Below, in pieces: positions 17,752 to 28,606 of a stretch of 64,000 nucleotides of DNA. The notes beneath the pieces were generated by a model, which was not told the origin of the DNA, did not search any database, and saw nothing but the letters and a program-made list of their open reading frames with translations. Source of the DNA: Alphaproteobacteria bacterium (GTDB lineage Bacteria; Pseudomonadota; Alphaproteobacteria; Rs-D84); the NCBI GenBank assembly GCA_031549365.1, contig JAVBPX010000005.1, forward strand, positions 17,660 to 81,659. The letters are read 5' to 3'. The position numbers and the translations under genes are program-made. The first letter of the stretch is position 1; the number at the start of each line of letters is the position of its first letter.

Positions 17752-18990
17752 ATGAAAATTAAACCTTTCGCCGCTGTGCGACCACCACGTGAATTGGCAT
17801 CCGAAGTGGCATCTCGTCCATACGATGTTTTAAATTCAGCCGAGGCCCAGGCCGAAGCAGGTGAAAAATCATTATTACACATCATCAAACCGGAAATTGA
17901 TTTTAACCCAATTATTGATGAACATTCCCAGGCCGCGTACGACAAAGCAGTTGAAAACTTTCATCTGTGGCAAGATCGCAAATGGCTGGTCCAAGACAAC
18001 AAAGAAATGTATTATATTTATGCCCAAACAATGGATGGTCGCACACAATACGGCTTGGTTGCTGCTGCAAATGTTGCAGATTATTTGGATGGAAAAATTA
18101 AAAAACACGAATTAACACGCAAAGACAAAGAAGAAGATCGCATGATCCATGTTCGTATCCAAGACGCGAATATTGAACCTGTATTCTTTGCATATCCAGA
18201 TGTAAGCGAGATGAATGAATTGGTTGAAAATGTTGTTAAATCAAAATCTCCTGAATATGATTTTGTGGCCGAAGACGGCTTTGGGCACCATTTTTGGGTA
18301 ATTGACGACCAAGCAACAAATGAACGTATTACTGAAATTTTCGAAAAAATTCCAGCATTATATGTTGCCGACGGACATCACCGCACAGCGGCGGCGGCAT
18401 TGGTTGGTCAGGAAAAAGCCAAAAACAATCCAAACCATAATGGAACGGAAGAATACAATTTTTTCCTGGCTGTTATATTCCCAGAATCACATTTGAAAGT
18501 AATTGATTACAATCGCTTGGTCAAAGATTTGAATGGAATGACTGCTGAACAATTCATCGAAAAATTGAATGAATCATTTGATGTTTCCGAAATTGGATCT
18601 GAAATTTATACACCAAATAAATTGCATAATTTTTCAATGTATATTGATTCTAAATGGTATTCATTGACTGCAAAATCTGGCACATACAACGACAATGACC
18701 CATTGGGGGTATTGGACGTTACCGTTTTGTCTAATTTAGTATTTGATAAAATTTTGGATTTGGGCGATTTGCGTACATCAAAACGAATTGATTTCGTTGG
18801 TGGGATTCGTGGATTGGGCGAATTAAAACGTCGCGTTGATTCCGGTGAAATGGCCGCTGCTTTTGCATTGTATCCAGTATCAATGAAACAAATTATTGAT
18901 ATCGCGGATACAGGCAATATTATGCCGCCAAAAACCACATGGTTTGAACCAAAATTGCGTTCGGGTTTGGCAATTCATAAATTGAAATAA
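17752..18990 (+). CDS. DUF1015-family protein
   Basis: 412 aa; N-terminus MKIKPFAAVRPPRELASEVASRPYDVL is typical of DUF1015. Confidence 0.55.
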   Translation: MKIKPFAAVRPPRELASEVASRPYDVLNSAEAQAEAGEKSLLHIIKPEIDFNPIIDEHSQAAYDKAVENFHLWQDRKWLVQDNKEMYYIYAQTMDGRTQYGLVAAANVADYLDGKIKKHELTRKDKEEDRMIHVRIQDANIEPVFFAYPDVSEMNELVENVVKSKSPEYDFVAEDGFGHHFWVIDDQATNERITEIFEKIPALYVADGHHRTAAAALVGQEKAKNNPNHNGTEEYNFFLAVIFPESHLKVIDYNRLVKDLNGMTAEQFIEKLNESFDVSEIGSEIYTPNKLHNFSMYIDSKWYSLTAKSGTYNDNDPLGVLDVTVLSNLVFDKILDLGDLRTSKRIDFVGGIRGLGELKRRVDSGEMAAAFALYPVSMKQIIDIADTGNIMPPKTTWFEPKLRSGLAIHKLK

Positions 18991-19008
18991 TCCGCACACA
19001 AACCACAT

Positions 19009-19034
19009 AAAACCCTGGTATTTACCGGGGTTTT
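19009..19034 (+). terminator. rho-independent terminator
   Basis: aaaaccctggtatttaccggggtttt. Confidence 0.65.
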
Positions 19035-19216
19035 GTTTATTTCTTGACTTTTTGATATTTCCAACGTATATTGTACTTATGACATATTTAAATCATTCTT
19101 TATCAAAATTATTTGTCGCATTTGCTGTCGTCGTGCGCTGACGCGCATATACTATATTCCAATTGATTTTTTAACACACAAACTTTACAATATCCCATTA
19201 ATCAAAGGATAAAACT

Positions 19217-21637
19217 ATGGATATTAATAATTTACAATCAAAACCTTTTTCTGAACTAGAAAATGGAATTTTGGATTTTTGGGCCGATAATGATTTTTAT
19301 TCTGCAAATCCAAAATCAGACAAAAAACCATTTTGCATTATGATGCCTCCGCCAAACATCACAGGATCATTACATGCAGGGCACGCATTAAACAATGGAT
19401 TAATTGATTTTATTGTTCGATACAAACGAATGGATGGATTTGATGTATTATGGCAACCAGGGACGGATCACGCATCAATCGCAACCCAAATGATGGTTGA
19501 ACGCGACTTATCGAAACGCGGAATTAACCCGAAATCTTTGACGAACGACGAATTATTAAATCATGCCTGGGAATGGAAAGAAAAATACGGAAACACAATT
19601 GTATCGCAATTAAAACGTTTGGGTTATTCCGCTGATTGGAAACGTGAACGCTTTACGATGGATCCTGAATTATCATCTGCTGTTCAAAAAGTATTTATTA
19701 AATTATACAATGACGGATTAATTTATCGCGACACACGATTGGTAAATTGGTGCCCAAAACAAAAGACTGCCGTTTCTGATTTGGAAGTAATTTCCCGCGA
19801 AGAAAAAGGTAAATTTTATTACATTAAATATCCTTTGGTTGACGGAGGGTTTATTGAATTGGCAACAACGCGTCCGGAAACTTTGTTTGGGGACACTGCA
19901 ATTGCTGTTCATCCAGAATCCCAAAAATACGGGCATTTAATTGGAAAAATGGCAATGATCCCCTTAACAGATCGCATCATTCCAATTATTGGCGATGAAC
20001 ATGCAGATCCGGACAAGGGAACTGGCGCTGTTAAAATTACACCAGCACATGATTTTAATGATTTTGAAGTTGGACGTCGCCATAATTTGCCAATGATTAA
20101 TATTTTGACTGCGGACGCTAAATTAAATGAAAATGTTCCGGAAAAATATCGTGGGATGGATCGCTTTGATGCACGAAAATCGGTTGTTTCAGATTTATCG
20201 GAATCCGGCTTATTAATTAAAACAGATGATCATTTAATGCAAGTTCCATATTCCGAACGCGGCGATGTTGTTATTGAACCGTATATGACTGAACAATGGT
20301 ATGTTCGTGCAGAAACATTGGCTAAACGTGCAATTGACGTTGCTGAAAATGGGGAAATATCATTTTTACCCGCACATCGTAAAAATTTATATATGGCATG
20401 GATGTCTGATATTCGTCCATGGTGTATTTCGCGCCAATTATGGTGGGGGCATAAAATACCCGCTTGGTATGACGAAGCTGGCAATATTTATGTTGCAGAA
20501 AATGAATCGGATGCAGTAAAACAATCCGGCGGCAAAAAGTTGATCCAAGATAACGACGTTCTGGACACTTGGTTTTCATCGGCATTATGGCCATTTGCAA
20601 CATTGGGCTGGCCGCGTGACACCGCAGAATTAATGCGTTATTATCCAACCGATATTTTAATTACTGCTCCGGATATTATATTTTTCTGGGTTGCGCGGAT
20701 GGTTATGATGGGATGTTATATTATGAATGATATTCCCTTTAAAACTGCATATTTCCACGGCTTGGTACGCGATGCTTCCGGTCAAAAATTTTCAAAGACC
20801 AAGGGCAATGGTGTTGACCCAATTGATGTTGTAAATAAATATGGGGCGGATGCGATGCGTTATTGGATTTCGACTGCACCAATTGGAACAGATTTACGAT
20901 ACAACGAAGAAGATGTTAAAAAAGGCTCCAAATTCATAAACAAATTATGGAATGTTACAAAATTTGTATTGATGAATTTATCCGACTTTGATCCAAAAAC
21001 TGCGACCGAAATTAATGTATCCGATCGTAATTTAATGGATCGTTGGGCGTTATCTGAAATGAACCAAACAATCCGTGATGTTCGCAAACATTTGGATTCG
21101 TATGATACATTTAATGCACGCGAATCCATGGATAAATTTTTCTGGCAAATATTTTGCGATCAATACACAGAATACGTAAAAGAAAGATTTTGGCAGGTTG
21201 AACGTTTTGGGAATGAATCAAAATTGTCTGCGCAATGGACATTGTTTGAAATATTGCAAAACATAATAAAAATGTATGCAATATTTATTCCATTTGTAAC
21301 CGAAGAAATTTATCAAAAAACATTTGCTGAATTTGATGATTCGAAATCAATTCATATATCCGCGTACCCCGCGGAATCTATGGATTTGGATACAAATGTT
21401 GATGATATGAAAATTGCATTATCAATACTTAAAGCTGTGCGTCAATTACGTACAGAAAAACAGATTGGCGCAACAGCAAAATTAAAATCAATTACGATTG
21501 ATGGAAAAATTCCAGAATCATTGAATGATATTATTTTAATGGCCGCACGATCGAATGAAATTATTTTTGGAAATGCTTCAACATCTGTTGAAAATATTGA
21601 TTTAAAAATTGATATAGTTCCATCGGAAGTAAAATAA
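19217..21637 (+). CDS. valS: valyl-tRNA synthetase
   Basis: 806 aa; PPPNITGSLHAGHAL (HIGH motif), KFSKTKGNG (KMSKS variant); short-form ValS. Confidence 0.9.
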   Translation: MDINNLQSKPFSELENGILDFWADNDFYSANPKSDKKPFCIMMPPPNITGSLHAGHALNNGLIDFIVRYKRMDGFDVLWQPGTDHASIATQMMVERDLSKRGINPKSLTNDELLNHAWEWKEKYGNTIVSQLKRLGYSADWKRERFTMDPELSSAVQKVFIKLYNDGLIYRDTRLVNWCPKQKTAVSDLEVISREEKGKFYYIKYPLVDGGFIELATTRPETLFGDTAIAVHPESQKYGHLIGKMAMIPLTDRIIPIIGDEHADPDKGTGAVKITPAHDFNDFEVGRRHNLPMINILTADAKLNENVPEKYRGMDRFDARKSVVSDLSESGLLIKTDDHLMQVPYSERGDVVIEPYMTEQWYVRAETLAKRAIDVAENGEISFLPAHRKNLYMAWMSDIRPWCISRQLWWGHKIPAWYDEAGNIYVAENESDAVKQSGGKKLIQDNDVLDTWFSSALWPFATLGWPRDTAELMRYYPTDILITAPDIIFFWVARMVMMGCYIMNDIPFKTAYFHGLVRDASGQKFSKTKGNGVDPIDVVNKYGADAMRYWISTAPIGTDLRYNEEDVKKGSKFINKLWNVTKFVLMNLSDFDPKTATEINVSDRNLMDRWALSEMNQTIRDVRKHLDSYDTFNARESMDKFFWQIFCDQYTEYVKERFWQVERFGNESKLSAQWTLFEILQNIIKMYAIFIPFVTEEIYQKTFAEFDDSKSIHISAYPAESMDLDTNVDDMKIALSILKAVRQLRTEKQIGATAKLKSITIDGKIPESLNDIILMAARSNEIIFGNASTSVENIDLKIDIVPSEVK

Positions 21638-21654
21638 TTAATAACAACCCTCAA

Positions 21655-21690
21655 TAAAAAACCGACTATTTACTAATAGTCGGTTTTTTA
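21655..21690 (+). terminator. rho-independent terminator after valS
   Basis: aaaaaaccgactatttactaatagtcggtttttta. Confidence 0.7.
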
Positions 21691-21768
21691 TTTTTTATCT
21701 AAATTGACTCTGATTTCATTGCCGCAAGTTTGACATTTTATCCAATGTTGTCAATCATGACTTTTGCC

Positions 21769-23199
21769 CTAGCCTATTTTGATAACGCATGTAATTCTGG
21801 TTTCGCGTTCGAATCCTTCTCGCAATCCCCCACGCGTAACAACAACGATGTGGTCCCCAGATTTTACAACACCCAATTTTTGCGCGATATCAGATGCAAC
21901 ACTTTCGTATTTTTGGCCTTTGATAACCGACGCATCAAACACAGGGATAACAGCATGGGACAGACATAATTGATTTGCAATAATTTCTTCGTCGCAAACA
22001 GCAATGATCGGAATCATCGAACGACGAGCCGATAATTCACGTGCCGATTTTCCAGAATCTGAAAATACAACAATTGCTTTGGCATCGTTTAATTCCGCCA
22101 TGTATGCGATCGATTCAGACAAACTGGATTCGTCTGAAATATCTGGGACTCCGCTTTCTGATTCGCATGAATTTTCAATTTGATCCCATTCCGCGGACGC
22201 TAAAATACGCGCCATCGCATCAACCGTTTCAATTGGATAATCACCCATTGTTGTTTCCATTGATAACATTGTTGCGTCTGTCTTTTGATATGATGCTGTC
22301 GCAACATCGGACACTTCGGCGCGCGTTGGATATAATGCATGAGTCATACCTTCCATCATTTGCGTTGCAACAATAATCGGTTTGTTTTTTTGACGACACA
22401 TACGTATCATTTGACGTTGAACAACAGGTACCTGTTCATATGGAATTTCAACACCCAAATCTCCGCGTGCAACCATGGCGCCATCACATGCATCAATGAT
22501 TGATTCCAAACGTTCAACTGCTTGGGGGCGCTCCAATTTTGCAATAATTAAAACTGGACGATCTGTGTGCTGTTTAATAAATTCGCGAACTTCGGCAATG
22601 TCGGATGCTTTTTGAACAAACGAAACCGCAATTAAATCAACGTTTTTTGATAATGCGTACACTAAATCTTTTTTGTCTTTTTCTGTTAATACAGATGTAT
22701 TGATTTCGGCATTTGGAATATTGAACGCCCGGCGATCCCAAATATCATCCCCACGAACCACAGTGGTTTCAACAGATTTATCCATTTTTTTTGTAACCAA
22801 TAATTCCATTTTACCGTCATTTAATAAAACTCGGGTGCCTGGCACCAAAGCCTCCATAACATCTGGATCCGGCAATTGAACACGTGTTTCATCTCCCAAT
22901 TTTGGATCCAAATCCAATATGAATTTTTGTCCTGGTACCAACTTATATTTTTTACCATCCGCCCCGCCAACAAAATCGCCAATTCTGTGTTTTGGGCCCT
23001 GCATGTCGGCCATGATCGCAATTGGTTTTCCAATTTTTTTTGAAACAGCACGAATTTTATCAATATTTTGACCGTGAAATTCATGCGCGTCGTGGCTGAA
23101 ATTCAATCTGCATACATCCATACCGTGTTCGACCAATTCTTCTATGCGGTCGCACGATGCCGGCCCGATGCTGGCCACGATTTTTGTTAATTTTTTCAT
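21769..23199 (-). CDS. pyk: pyruvate kinase
   Basis: MKKLTKIVASIGPASCDRIEELVEHGMDVCRLNFSHD...; 476 aa. Confidence 0.9.
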   Translation of the reverse strand: MKKLTKIVASIGPASCDRIEELVEHGMDVCRLNFSHDAHEFHGQNIDKIRAVSKKIGKPIAIMADMQGPKHRIGDFVGGADGKKYKLVPGQKFILDLDPKLGDETRVQLPDPDVMEALVPGTRVLLNDGKMELLVTKKMDKSVETTVVRGDDIWDRRAFNIPNAEINTSVLTEKDKKDLVYALSKNVDLIAVSFVQKASDIAEVREFIKQHTDRPVLIIAKLERPQAVERLESIIDACDGAMVARGDLGVEIPYEQVPVVQRQMIRMCRQKNKPIIVATQMMEGMTHALYPTRAEVSDVATASYQKTDATMLSMETTMGDYPIETVDAMARILASAEWDQIENSCESESGVPDISDESSLSESIAYMAELNDAKAIVVFSDSGKSARELSARRSMIPIIAVCDEEIIANQLCLSHAVIPVFDASVIKGQKYESVASDIAQKLGVVKSGDHIVVVTRGGLREGFERETRITCVIKIG

Positions 23200-23333
23200 C
23201 TTTTTAATCCTTTTTTATTTTTGCAAGATTTCCTCTTTAATTTTCTTGCAATTTCGTTATTTTTAGCCTATTATAGCACGCACAAACTATACATCAATAT
23301 CGCACATAAAATCAAGGACAAAGGAGGTCCCAT

Positions 23334-23576
23334 ATGGCAAAAGAAACAGGAATCGCAGGCGATCAATTAAAATCCTTGGTCGAACGAATCGAAAGACTGG
23401 AAGAAGAAGTATCCAACATCCGTGCGGACGTTCGCGAAATTTACGGCGAGGCCAAAGGCATGGGATTTGAACCAAAATACATCCGCCAAATCATTAAATT
23501 ACGCAAAATGGATCCGGATGAACGCGAAGAATCCGAAGAAATTTTGTCCCTGTATCGTCAAGCAATTGGATTGTAA
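23334..23576 (+). CDS. gapR: GapR/UPF0335 (DUF2312) nucleoid-associated protein
   Basis: QLKSLVERIERLEEEVSNIRADVREIYGEAKGMGFEPKYIRQIIKLRKMD aligns closely with alphaproteobacterial GapR. Confidence 0.75.
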   Translation: MAKETGIAGDQLKSLVERIERLEEEVSNIRADVREIYGEAKGMGFEPKYIRQIIKLRKMDPDEREESEEILSLYRQAIGL

Positions 23577-23589
23577 TTTAAAATACATT

Positions 23590-23616
23590 AAAATCCCCCA
23601 ATCGGGGGATTTTTTA
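23590..23616 (+). terminator. rho-independent terminator after gapR
   Basis: aaaatcccccaatcgggggatttttt. Confidence 0.7.
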
Positions 23617-23665
23617 ATTAATTCTGGATTTTTATTAAAACACCCTTATAATGGACTTGTTATAG

Positions 23666-23750
23666 GCGGGTATGGCGAAATTGGCAGACGCACTGGATTT
23701 AGGTTCCAGCGAGGCAACTCATGTGGGTTCAAGTCCCTCTACCCGCACCA
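23666..23750 (+). tRNA. tRNA-Leu (anticodon TAG)
   Basis: 85 nt; GCGGGTA acceptor, long variable arm, anticodon loop TTTAGGT, encoded CCA. Confidence 0.85.
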
Positions 23751-23774
23751 TTAAATCCATGAAAATGGAATCCT

Positions 23775-23880
23775 AAATCTGTTTTGAATTTGCTTCCCTC
23801 GGTCATGTACCAATGCGTACACTCCCTGCGGGCTCAAAATCAAAATATCTTTATTATTCTCATTTTGATGAATTTCAAAA
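23775..23880. repeat. ~105-bp hairpin repeat family member (after tRNA-Leu)
   Basis: Core ggtcatgtaccaatgcgtacactccctgcgggc and tail tctttattattctcattttgatgaatttcaaaa; compare 59410-59513. Confidence 0.5.
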
Positions 23881-23949
23881 CTTATGAGATAGTTATTAGA
23901 ATATCTATCGCGAAACATTAAAATTATTTCACTGACGTTTATAATTAAA

Positions 23950-25203
23950 TTAATCTAAATATGGTTTTATTTGATTTATTATATTATCCAAAACATGGCT
24001 CTTTTTGGCCAAAAATGACGATATTTTTTTGGATTGTTTTGCAATTTCATGCGGATTATCCAAATAATACATTACACGTGATGTTAATTCGTCCGAATCA
24101 TTGATTCGATCAATTATTTTCGCATCATCCATTTCATTATATAATTCCGCAAATGTTGATGTGTTTTTACCAACGATTACAACGTTACCCAATTGCATTG
24201 CTTCCAATGGCGAAGACCCACGCATGTCGGATAACATGGACCGACCCATAAACACAATGTTTGATGAACGGTAAAAAATACCCATTTCACCCAATGTATC
24301 GGCAACATATATATTTGTTTTTGATTTTGGAATTTTATTTTCCGAACGGCACGCTATTGACCCACTATTCATTGCCGCGATTTTCTTTAATTCATCCCGC
24401 ATTGATGGATGACGTGGTGTAATTATCAATAATGCGTCTTTGTGCTTTTTTAAAATATTTTTATGAACATCAATTGCGATGCGTTCTTCACCTTCACCCA
24501 ATACAGCGGCATGCCATGTTGGACGTTTGCCAATCCATTTTTCAAATGCCAAACGTTCAGATTTATTGTCCGCGGACGGTGGATTGCCGTATTTCATATT
24601 ATCGGATACAATTACGTTGCCCGCGCCCATTTTCCCTAGATTTTCGGCATCATGATCCGATTTTGCAATTGCCAAATTAATTGAATCCATCATGTTTTTT
24701 GTAAACGATCTGGATTTTTGATATTTTTTAAATGCACGTTCTGTTACAGATCCATTAACCAAAATTTGTGGAATTTTATGACGACGCAAATAATCCATTT
24801 GAACAGGCCAAAAATCTGAATCAATTCGTATCATTGCATCCGGGCGCCAATGTTTCATAAACCGATTTATAATAAATGGCACGTCAACCGGCGAATATTG
24901 ATGGATTATATCCGGATAATTTTTGTCTGCAATTGATGCCGCCGTCACGGTGCCATACGTTAATAATATTTTATATTTTGGAAATTTTAATTTCAGTTCA
25001 GATATTAATTGTTTAACAGATAAAACTTCACCAACCGACGCGCCATGAATCCAAATTAATTTTCCATTCGGACGTTTTGCTTTTGGTTTTCCCAAACGTT
25101 CATTAAAGCGTAATTTATCCTCTTTGCCGCGACGCATACGACGCCGCAAATAAATATAAATTAATGGATAAAATAACGTTATTAATATTTTATACAAAAA
25201 CAT
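23950..25203 (-). CDS. waaA: 3-deoxy-D-manno-octulosonic acid (Kdo) transferase
   Basis: 417 aa; LIWIHGASVGEVLSVKQLI; glycosyltransferase N/C domains typical of KdtA. Confidence 0.85.
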   Translation of the reverse strand: MFLYKILITLFYPLIYIYLRRRMRRGKEDKLRFNERLGKPKAKRPNGKLIWIHGASVGEVLSVKQLISELKLKFPKYKILLTYGTVTAASIADKNYPDIIHQYSPVDVPFIINRFMKHWRPDAMIRIDSDFWPVQMDYLRRHKIPQILVNGSVTERAFKKYQKSRSFTKNMMDSINLAIAKSDHDAENLGKMGAGNVIVSDNMKYGNPPSADNKSERLAFEKWIGKRPTWHAAVLGEGEERIAIDVHKNILKKHKDALLIITPRHPSMRDELKKIAAMNSGSIACRSENKIPKSKTNIYVADTLGEMGIFYRSSNIVFMGRSMLSDMRGSSPLEAMQLGNVVIVGKNTSTFAELYNEMDDAKIIDRINDSDELTSRVMYYLDNPHEIAKQSKKISSFLAKKSHVLDNIINQIKPYLD

Positions 25204-26176
25204 TTTTAAACCTTTTTTTAATAATGGATGCCAGCCGATCCGATTCCAAAATTAATTTTGTTTTATTTTTAATTTTTGGTGTTTTATTAATTAAACTGAT
25301 TGCCCAACCGTTTTTATAAAAACCGTCCAGAAATTTAATGTTTTTATCCCTTATTAAATCCGGGTTATCATATACAAATACCGGCTTTTTTGTCGTTGCG
25401 CATTCACCAATCATTGAAATTGAATCCCCAGTTACAGCCAATAAATCAGAACAAGAATAAATTCCAAAAATTGGGTTTTTTTCACCGGATTTATAGTCGT
25501 GAAAATAATATGGAACTGTTAATTTTGATAAAATTATTTTGGTTTGATTATCGCCTGTGCGTCGTGAATTTGTCATAATAATATTTGCATTATTTTTTAA
25601 TGCCAAATCATTTATTTTTTCACCAAAATCGTCCGCCATTTCATTTGTAAAAATTGTACCCGGTGTTGACCCGCCAATCAATACTCCCAAATATGGTTGT
25701 TTAACCAATTTTTTAAATTTTGGCATCCATTCTTTTTTATTATCTGACAAAAATTTATCCGATAATTGATTAATCGCCATTTCTGAAATTATTGTATTTT
25801 TGGAAACGGACCCACGAACATCATGACGATTCATAATAACCAAATCAATGTTTCGAATCCCACCAAAATCCGGCGCCATAATTGTAATGGTTTTGGTTTT
25901 TGGAAATTTATTTTTAATCCACCATAAAACAGGGGATAAACGCCGTCCCGATCCAATCACTATATCAGGCTCCGATTGCGATGACAATGCGCGTTTTAAT
26001 TCAGATGGTATTCCAATATATTTCAATGGGCCAAAACGCAAGAAATTCGGCCATTTTCCCCATTTATTTAATTCAATTTTTTGTTCAACAACGTCGTTGG
26101 ATAATGCATAGCCCAGCCCTTGGGACTGACGCCATGATCCGACGCGATCATCAATTAAAATCCAAACTTTTACCAT
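25190..26176 (-). CDS. ELM1/GtrOC1-like (DUF1022) putative glycosyltransferase
   Basis: MVKVWILIDDRVGSWRQSQGLGYAL... YLGVLIGGSTPG...; typically found next to kdtA in Rickettsiales-type genomes. Confidence 0.5.
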   Translation of the reverse strand: MVKVWILIDDRVGSWRQSQGLGYALSNDVVEQKIELNKWGKWPNFLRFGPLKYIGIPSELKRALSSQSEPDIVIGSGRRLSPVLWWIKNKFPKTKTITIMAPDFGGIRNIDLVIMNRHDVRGSVSKNTIISEMAINQLSDKFLSDNKKEWMPKFKKLVKQPYLGVLIGGSTPGTIFTNEMADDFGEKINDLALKNNANIIMTNSRRTGDNQTKIILSKLTVPYYFHDYKSGEKNPIFGIYSCSDLLAVTGDSISMIGECATTKKPVFVYDNPDLIRDKNIKFLDGFYKNGWAISLINKTPKIKNKTKLILESDRLASIIKKRFKNVFV

Positions 26177-26283
26177 TTTATTCTCCGTATTGGTAAAACA
26201 TAGCAAATTATTCGAAAAAAATCCAGTCTGTACTTTTATTTTGACTTTTAATAATTGCCCGTTATAATACGGCGTATGAATTA

Positions 26284-26360
26284 TGGGTGTATAGCTCAGT
26301 TGGCTAGAGCGTTACGTTGACATCGTAGAGGTCGTTGGTTCGAGCCCAATTACACCCACC
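26284..26360 (+). tRNA. tRNA-Val (anticodon GAC)
   Basis: GGGTGTATAGCTCAGTTGGCTAGAGCG...; anticodon loop TTGACAT; encoded CCA. Confidence 0.85.
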
Positions 26361-26365
26361 ATGAT

Positions 26366-26401
26366 TAAAAATGTGGAATGTTAATAACATTCCACATTTT
26401 T
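26366..26401 (+). terminator. terminator hairpin after tRNA-Val
   Basis: aaaaatgtggaatgttaataacattccacatttttt (perfect 13-bp stem). Confidence 0.7.
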
Positions 26402-26459
26402 TGATTATCTGTACAGAATTTGCAATTTGAGCCAGCGAGAAAACTCTCCCATTAATAAT

Positions 26460-27143
26460 TTAGCAAAATTTATCCCAACGTTTTTTAACTGATTTAAAAA
26501 ATCTCTGCAAACGGTTTGTTGTGTGTGTTGCATAATCAAACCGAACCGCAACGCGTGGTAATTTTAAATCCAACGCCATCATCATGCGATGATGACCCTG
26601 ATTCAAGCTGTCGAATGTGCCGAAATTTCTGTGTAATAAAATTTCAATTGGATATTTATCATCAAAACCATTTTTTTCAAATGATTTTTTTAATTCATTA
26701 TATCGGCGAAGACGTTCTTCATCCGACATTTTCCACTGTTTACTGGTTAAAATATATGCATTTTCGGGTGTTCGATGCGCACGTTCCAAACCCATTTTAC
26801 GAATTTCAAACGGATCCATGTGATAGATGTTTGACCCCTGTTTAATAAAGTTTTTTCGTAATACCCGAATAAACGGGGTAATTAAATCAAACCAAAAATT
26901 TTGGCGACGAAATGCCAACCGAACCGGCCAATATGTGTGTTTTGATTTTTTTGCATTTTCCAAAATACGACGCCCAGAAATCAGTTGATCCGATATATTA
27001 TTTTTTTTATTCCCCAATAAAATTATAACTTTGTTATCAGATTTTTTATTTTTTTTTGACTTTAAATCCGGCAATGCCAAGACATCATTAATATCCAGCA
27101 TATAACGTTCCGAAGACAAAGCAGTATATAATTTTTTCACCAA
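26460..27143 (-). CDS. hypothetical protein with ParB/Srx-like GHHR motif
   Basis: 227 aa; no signal peptide; C-terminal LNQGHHRMMMALDLKLPRVAV resembles the ParB/sulfiredoxin fold motif D-G-H-H-R; otherwise unrecognised. Confidence 0.4.
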   Translation of the reverse strand: MVKKLYTALSSERYMLDINDVLALPDLKSKKNKKSDNKVIILLGNKKNNISDQLISGRRILENAKKSKHTYWPVRLAFRRQNFWFDLITPFIRVLRKNFIKQGSNIYHMDPFEIRKMGLERAHRTPENAYILTSKQWKMSDEERLRRYNELKKSFEKNGFDDKYPIEILLHRNFGTFDSLNQGHHRMMMALDLKLPRVAVRFDYATHTTNRLQRFFKSVKKRWDKFC

Positions 27144-27205
27144 GAAAATAATCCCATTTGTTATAAATGGGATTATACAAATATTTTTGCAAAAGTCCAG
27201 TAATA

Positions 27206-27901
27206 CTATGCCTTTTTGGCACGAAACCGTACCGTTGGATGGGCATGCATGCCGTTACAAAATGGCTTGTTTGACGAAGCACCACAACGACATAATGTTT
27301 GTTTTGGACGAACTTCGTAACTTTGCCCATCGGCGCTTTCAACACGAATTCCACCGCGAATCCACAACGGACCGGATAATTTTAATCCAGAATCTTCGAT
27401 TGTTGAGATTTCCGTTGGTTGAGGCGCATCCACCGATTTTCCAAATTTATCGAACATTAACAGGCGGCCCGATGGGCATAAATCAGCCTCGGCAATTGCC
27501 CATTTATCGGCTTGTTTATCACCAACTGTTACCAAATTCCAGATTTTACCATGAGCATCACAAAAACGTGCAAACGCACAATAATCACGATTATCCATCA
27601 ATGTTAAATTTGGTCCGTCTGTGCGTTCTGCATTTTTTAAAATTGGTTCAAAAGACGCTGTTTCCGTTCCATCAAACCCAACGGGAGTATGCGACCCATC
27701 GCAAAACGGCGCCGTTTTGGATTTTCCGCAACGACATAATGCTATTGGATCCGATTTGATTTCAAAAGTTTCCCCATCGCCATATTTCACAGAAATACCA
27801 TTCGTATCTGTTAATATAATTTTTTCGGAAACGGATGAAATTCCGTAAACCAAATACGGTCCGTCTTTGCTAACCTTAATGTATGGTTTTTTATCTGTCA
27901 T
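27206..27901 (-). CDS. CDGSH iron-sulfur domain protein (two CDGSH motifs)
   Basis: CRCGKSKTAPFCDGSH and CRCGASSNKPFCNGMH. Confidence 0.8.
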   Translation of the reverse strand: MTDKKPYIKVSKDGPYLVYGISSVSEKIILTDTNGISVKYGDGETFEIKSDPIALCRCGKSKTAPFCDGSHTPVGFDGTETASFEPILKNAERTDGPNLTLMDNRDYCAFARFCDAHGKIWNLVTVGDKQADKWAIAEADLCPSGRLLMFDKFGKSVDAPQPTEISTIEDSGLKLSGPLWIRGGIRVESADGQSYEVRPKQTLCRCGASSNKPFCNGMHAHPTVRFRAKKA

Positions 27902-27949
27902 TTATTCATCCTTTGCGCTTTTAATTTTTATATATAACTAGTATTTAAA

Positions 27950-28498
27950 TTAAAACACTTTGATAACACCAACAAATGCGCCCATGCGATCAACATTATT
28001 CATGCTTTGCAAATCTGTATCTTTGAAATTCAATACCGCCCGAGTATATTCCATACCAACGTTTAAATTCCACCCAGAATTAAATGGAACGCGAACGCCA
28101 AACGTTGAACCCCAAACCCATCCAACCTGGACGTCTGCATCTTTTGGATCATATGCAACGGCACCAATTCCAACCAATAAATATGGAATTAATTTTGCTT
28201 CGGACGGAGCAACCTCGAACCCGGATTTTATCATCATATTTGAATAATTCGTACTTGGGTCTGTTTTATATCCAAAATTATACGCACCTTCGGTACGCCA
28301 AATCCAGTTATCTGACATTCTGATCATAGCGCCAGAATGCAACTGAAACCCAGGCATAAAATTTGTATCAACATTTTGTTCGCGCACATTATGTAATCCA
28401 TAAAATGCGTTCAAACCGGCATAACTATCCGTTTCATATCCTGCATTTGCAGACGTCACAGCTAAAATTGCAATAATTGATAATGTGATTTTTTTCAT
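27950..28498 (-). CDS. outer-membrane beta-barrel protein (OmpW/opacity-like)
   Basis: Signal peptide MKKITLSIIAILAVTSANA; alternating amphipathic strands; C-terminal ...GVIKVF. Confidence 0.65.
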   Translation of the reverse strand: MKKITLSIIAILAVTSANAGYETDSYAGLNAFYGLHNVREQNVDTNFMPGFQLHSGAMIRMSDNWIWRTEGAYNFGYKTDPSTNYSNMMIKSGFEVAPSEAKLIPYLLVGIGAVAYDPKDADVQVGWVWGSTFGVRVPFNSGWNLNVGMEYTRAVLNFKDTDLQSMNNVDRMGAFVGVIKVF

Positions 28499-28606
28499 TT
28501 AAATCTCCTTGGGATTTGTTTGATATTAATAATCATAGAAAAAACTAGAACATAAAGCAACAGGATAAAATCCAAAATTTTAATAATATTATGATATAAT
28601 GTATTC

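Noticed and set aside
27187-27759. 190-aa plus-strand ORF, His/Arg-rich
   Set aside because: Entirely antisense to the CDGSH gene, whose two CDGSH motifs confirm the minus-strand frame.
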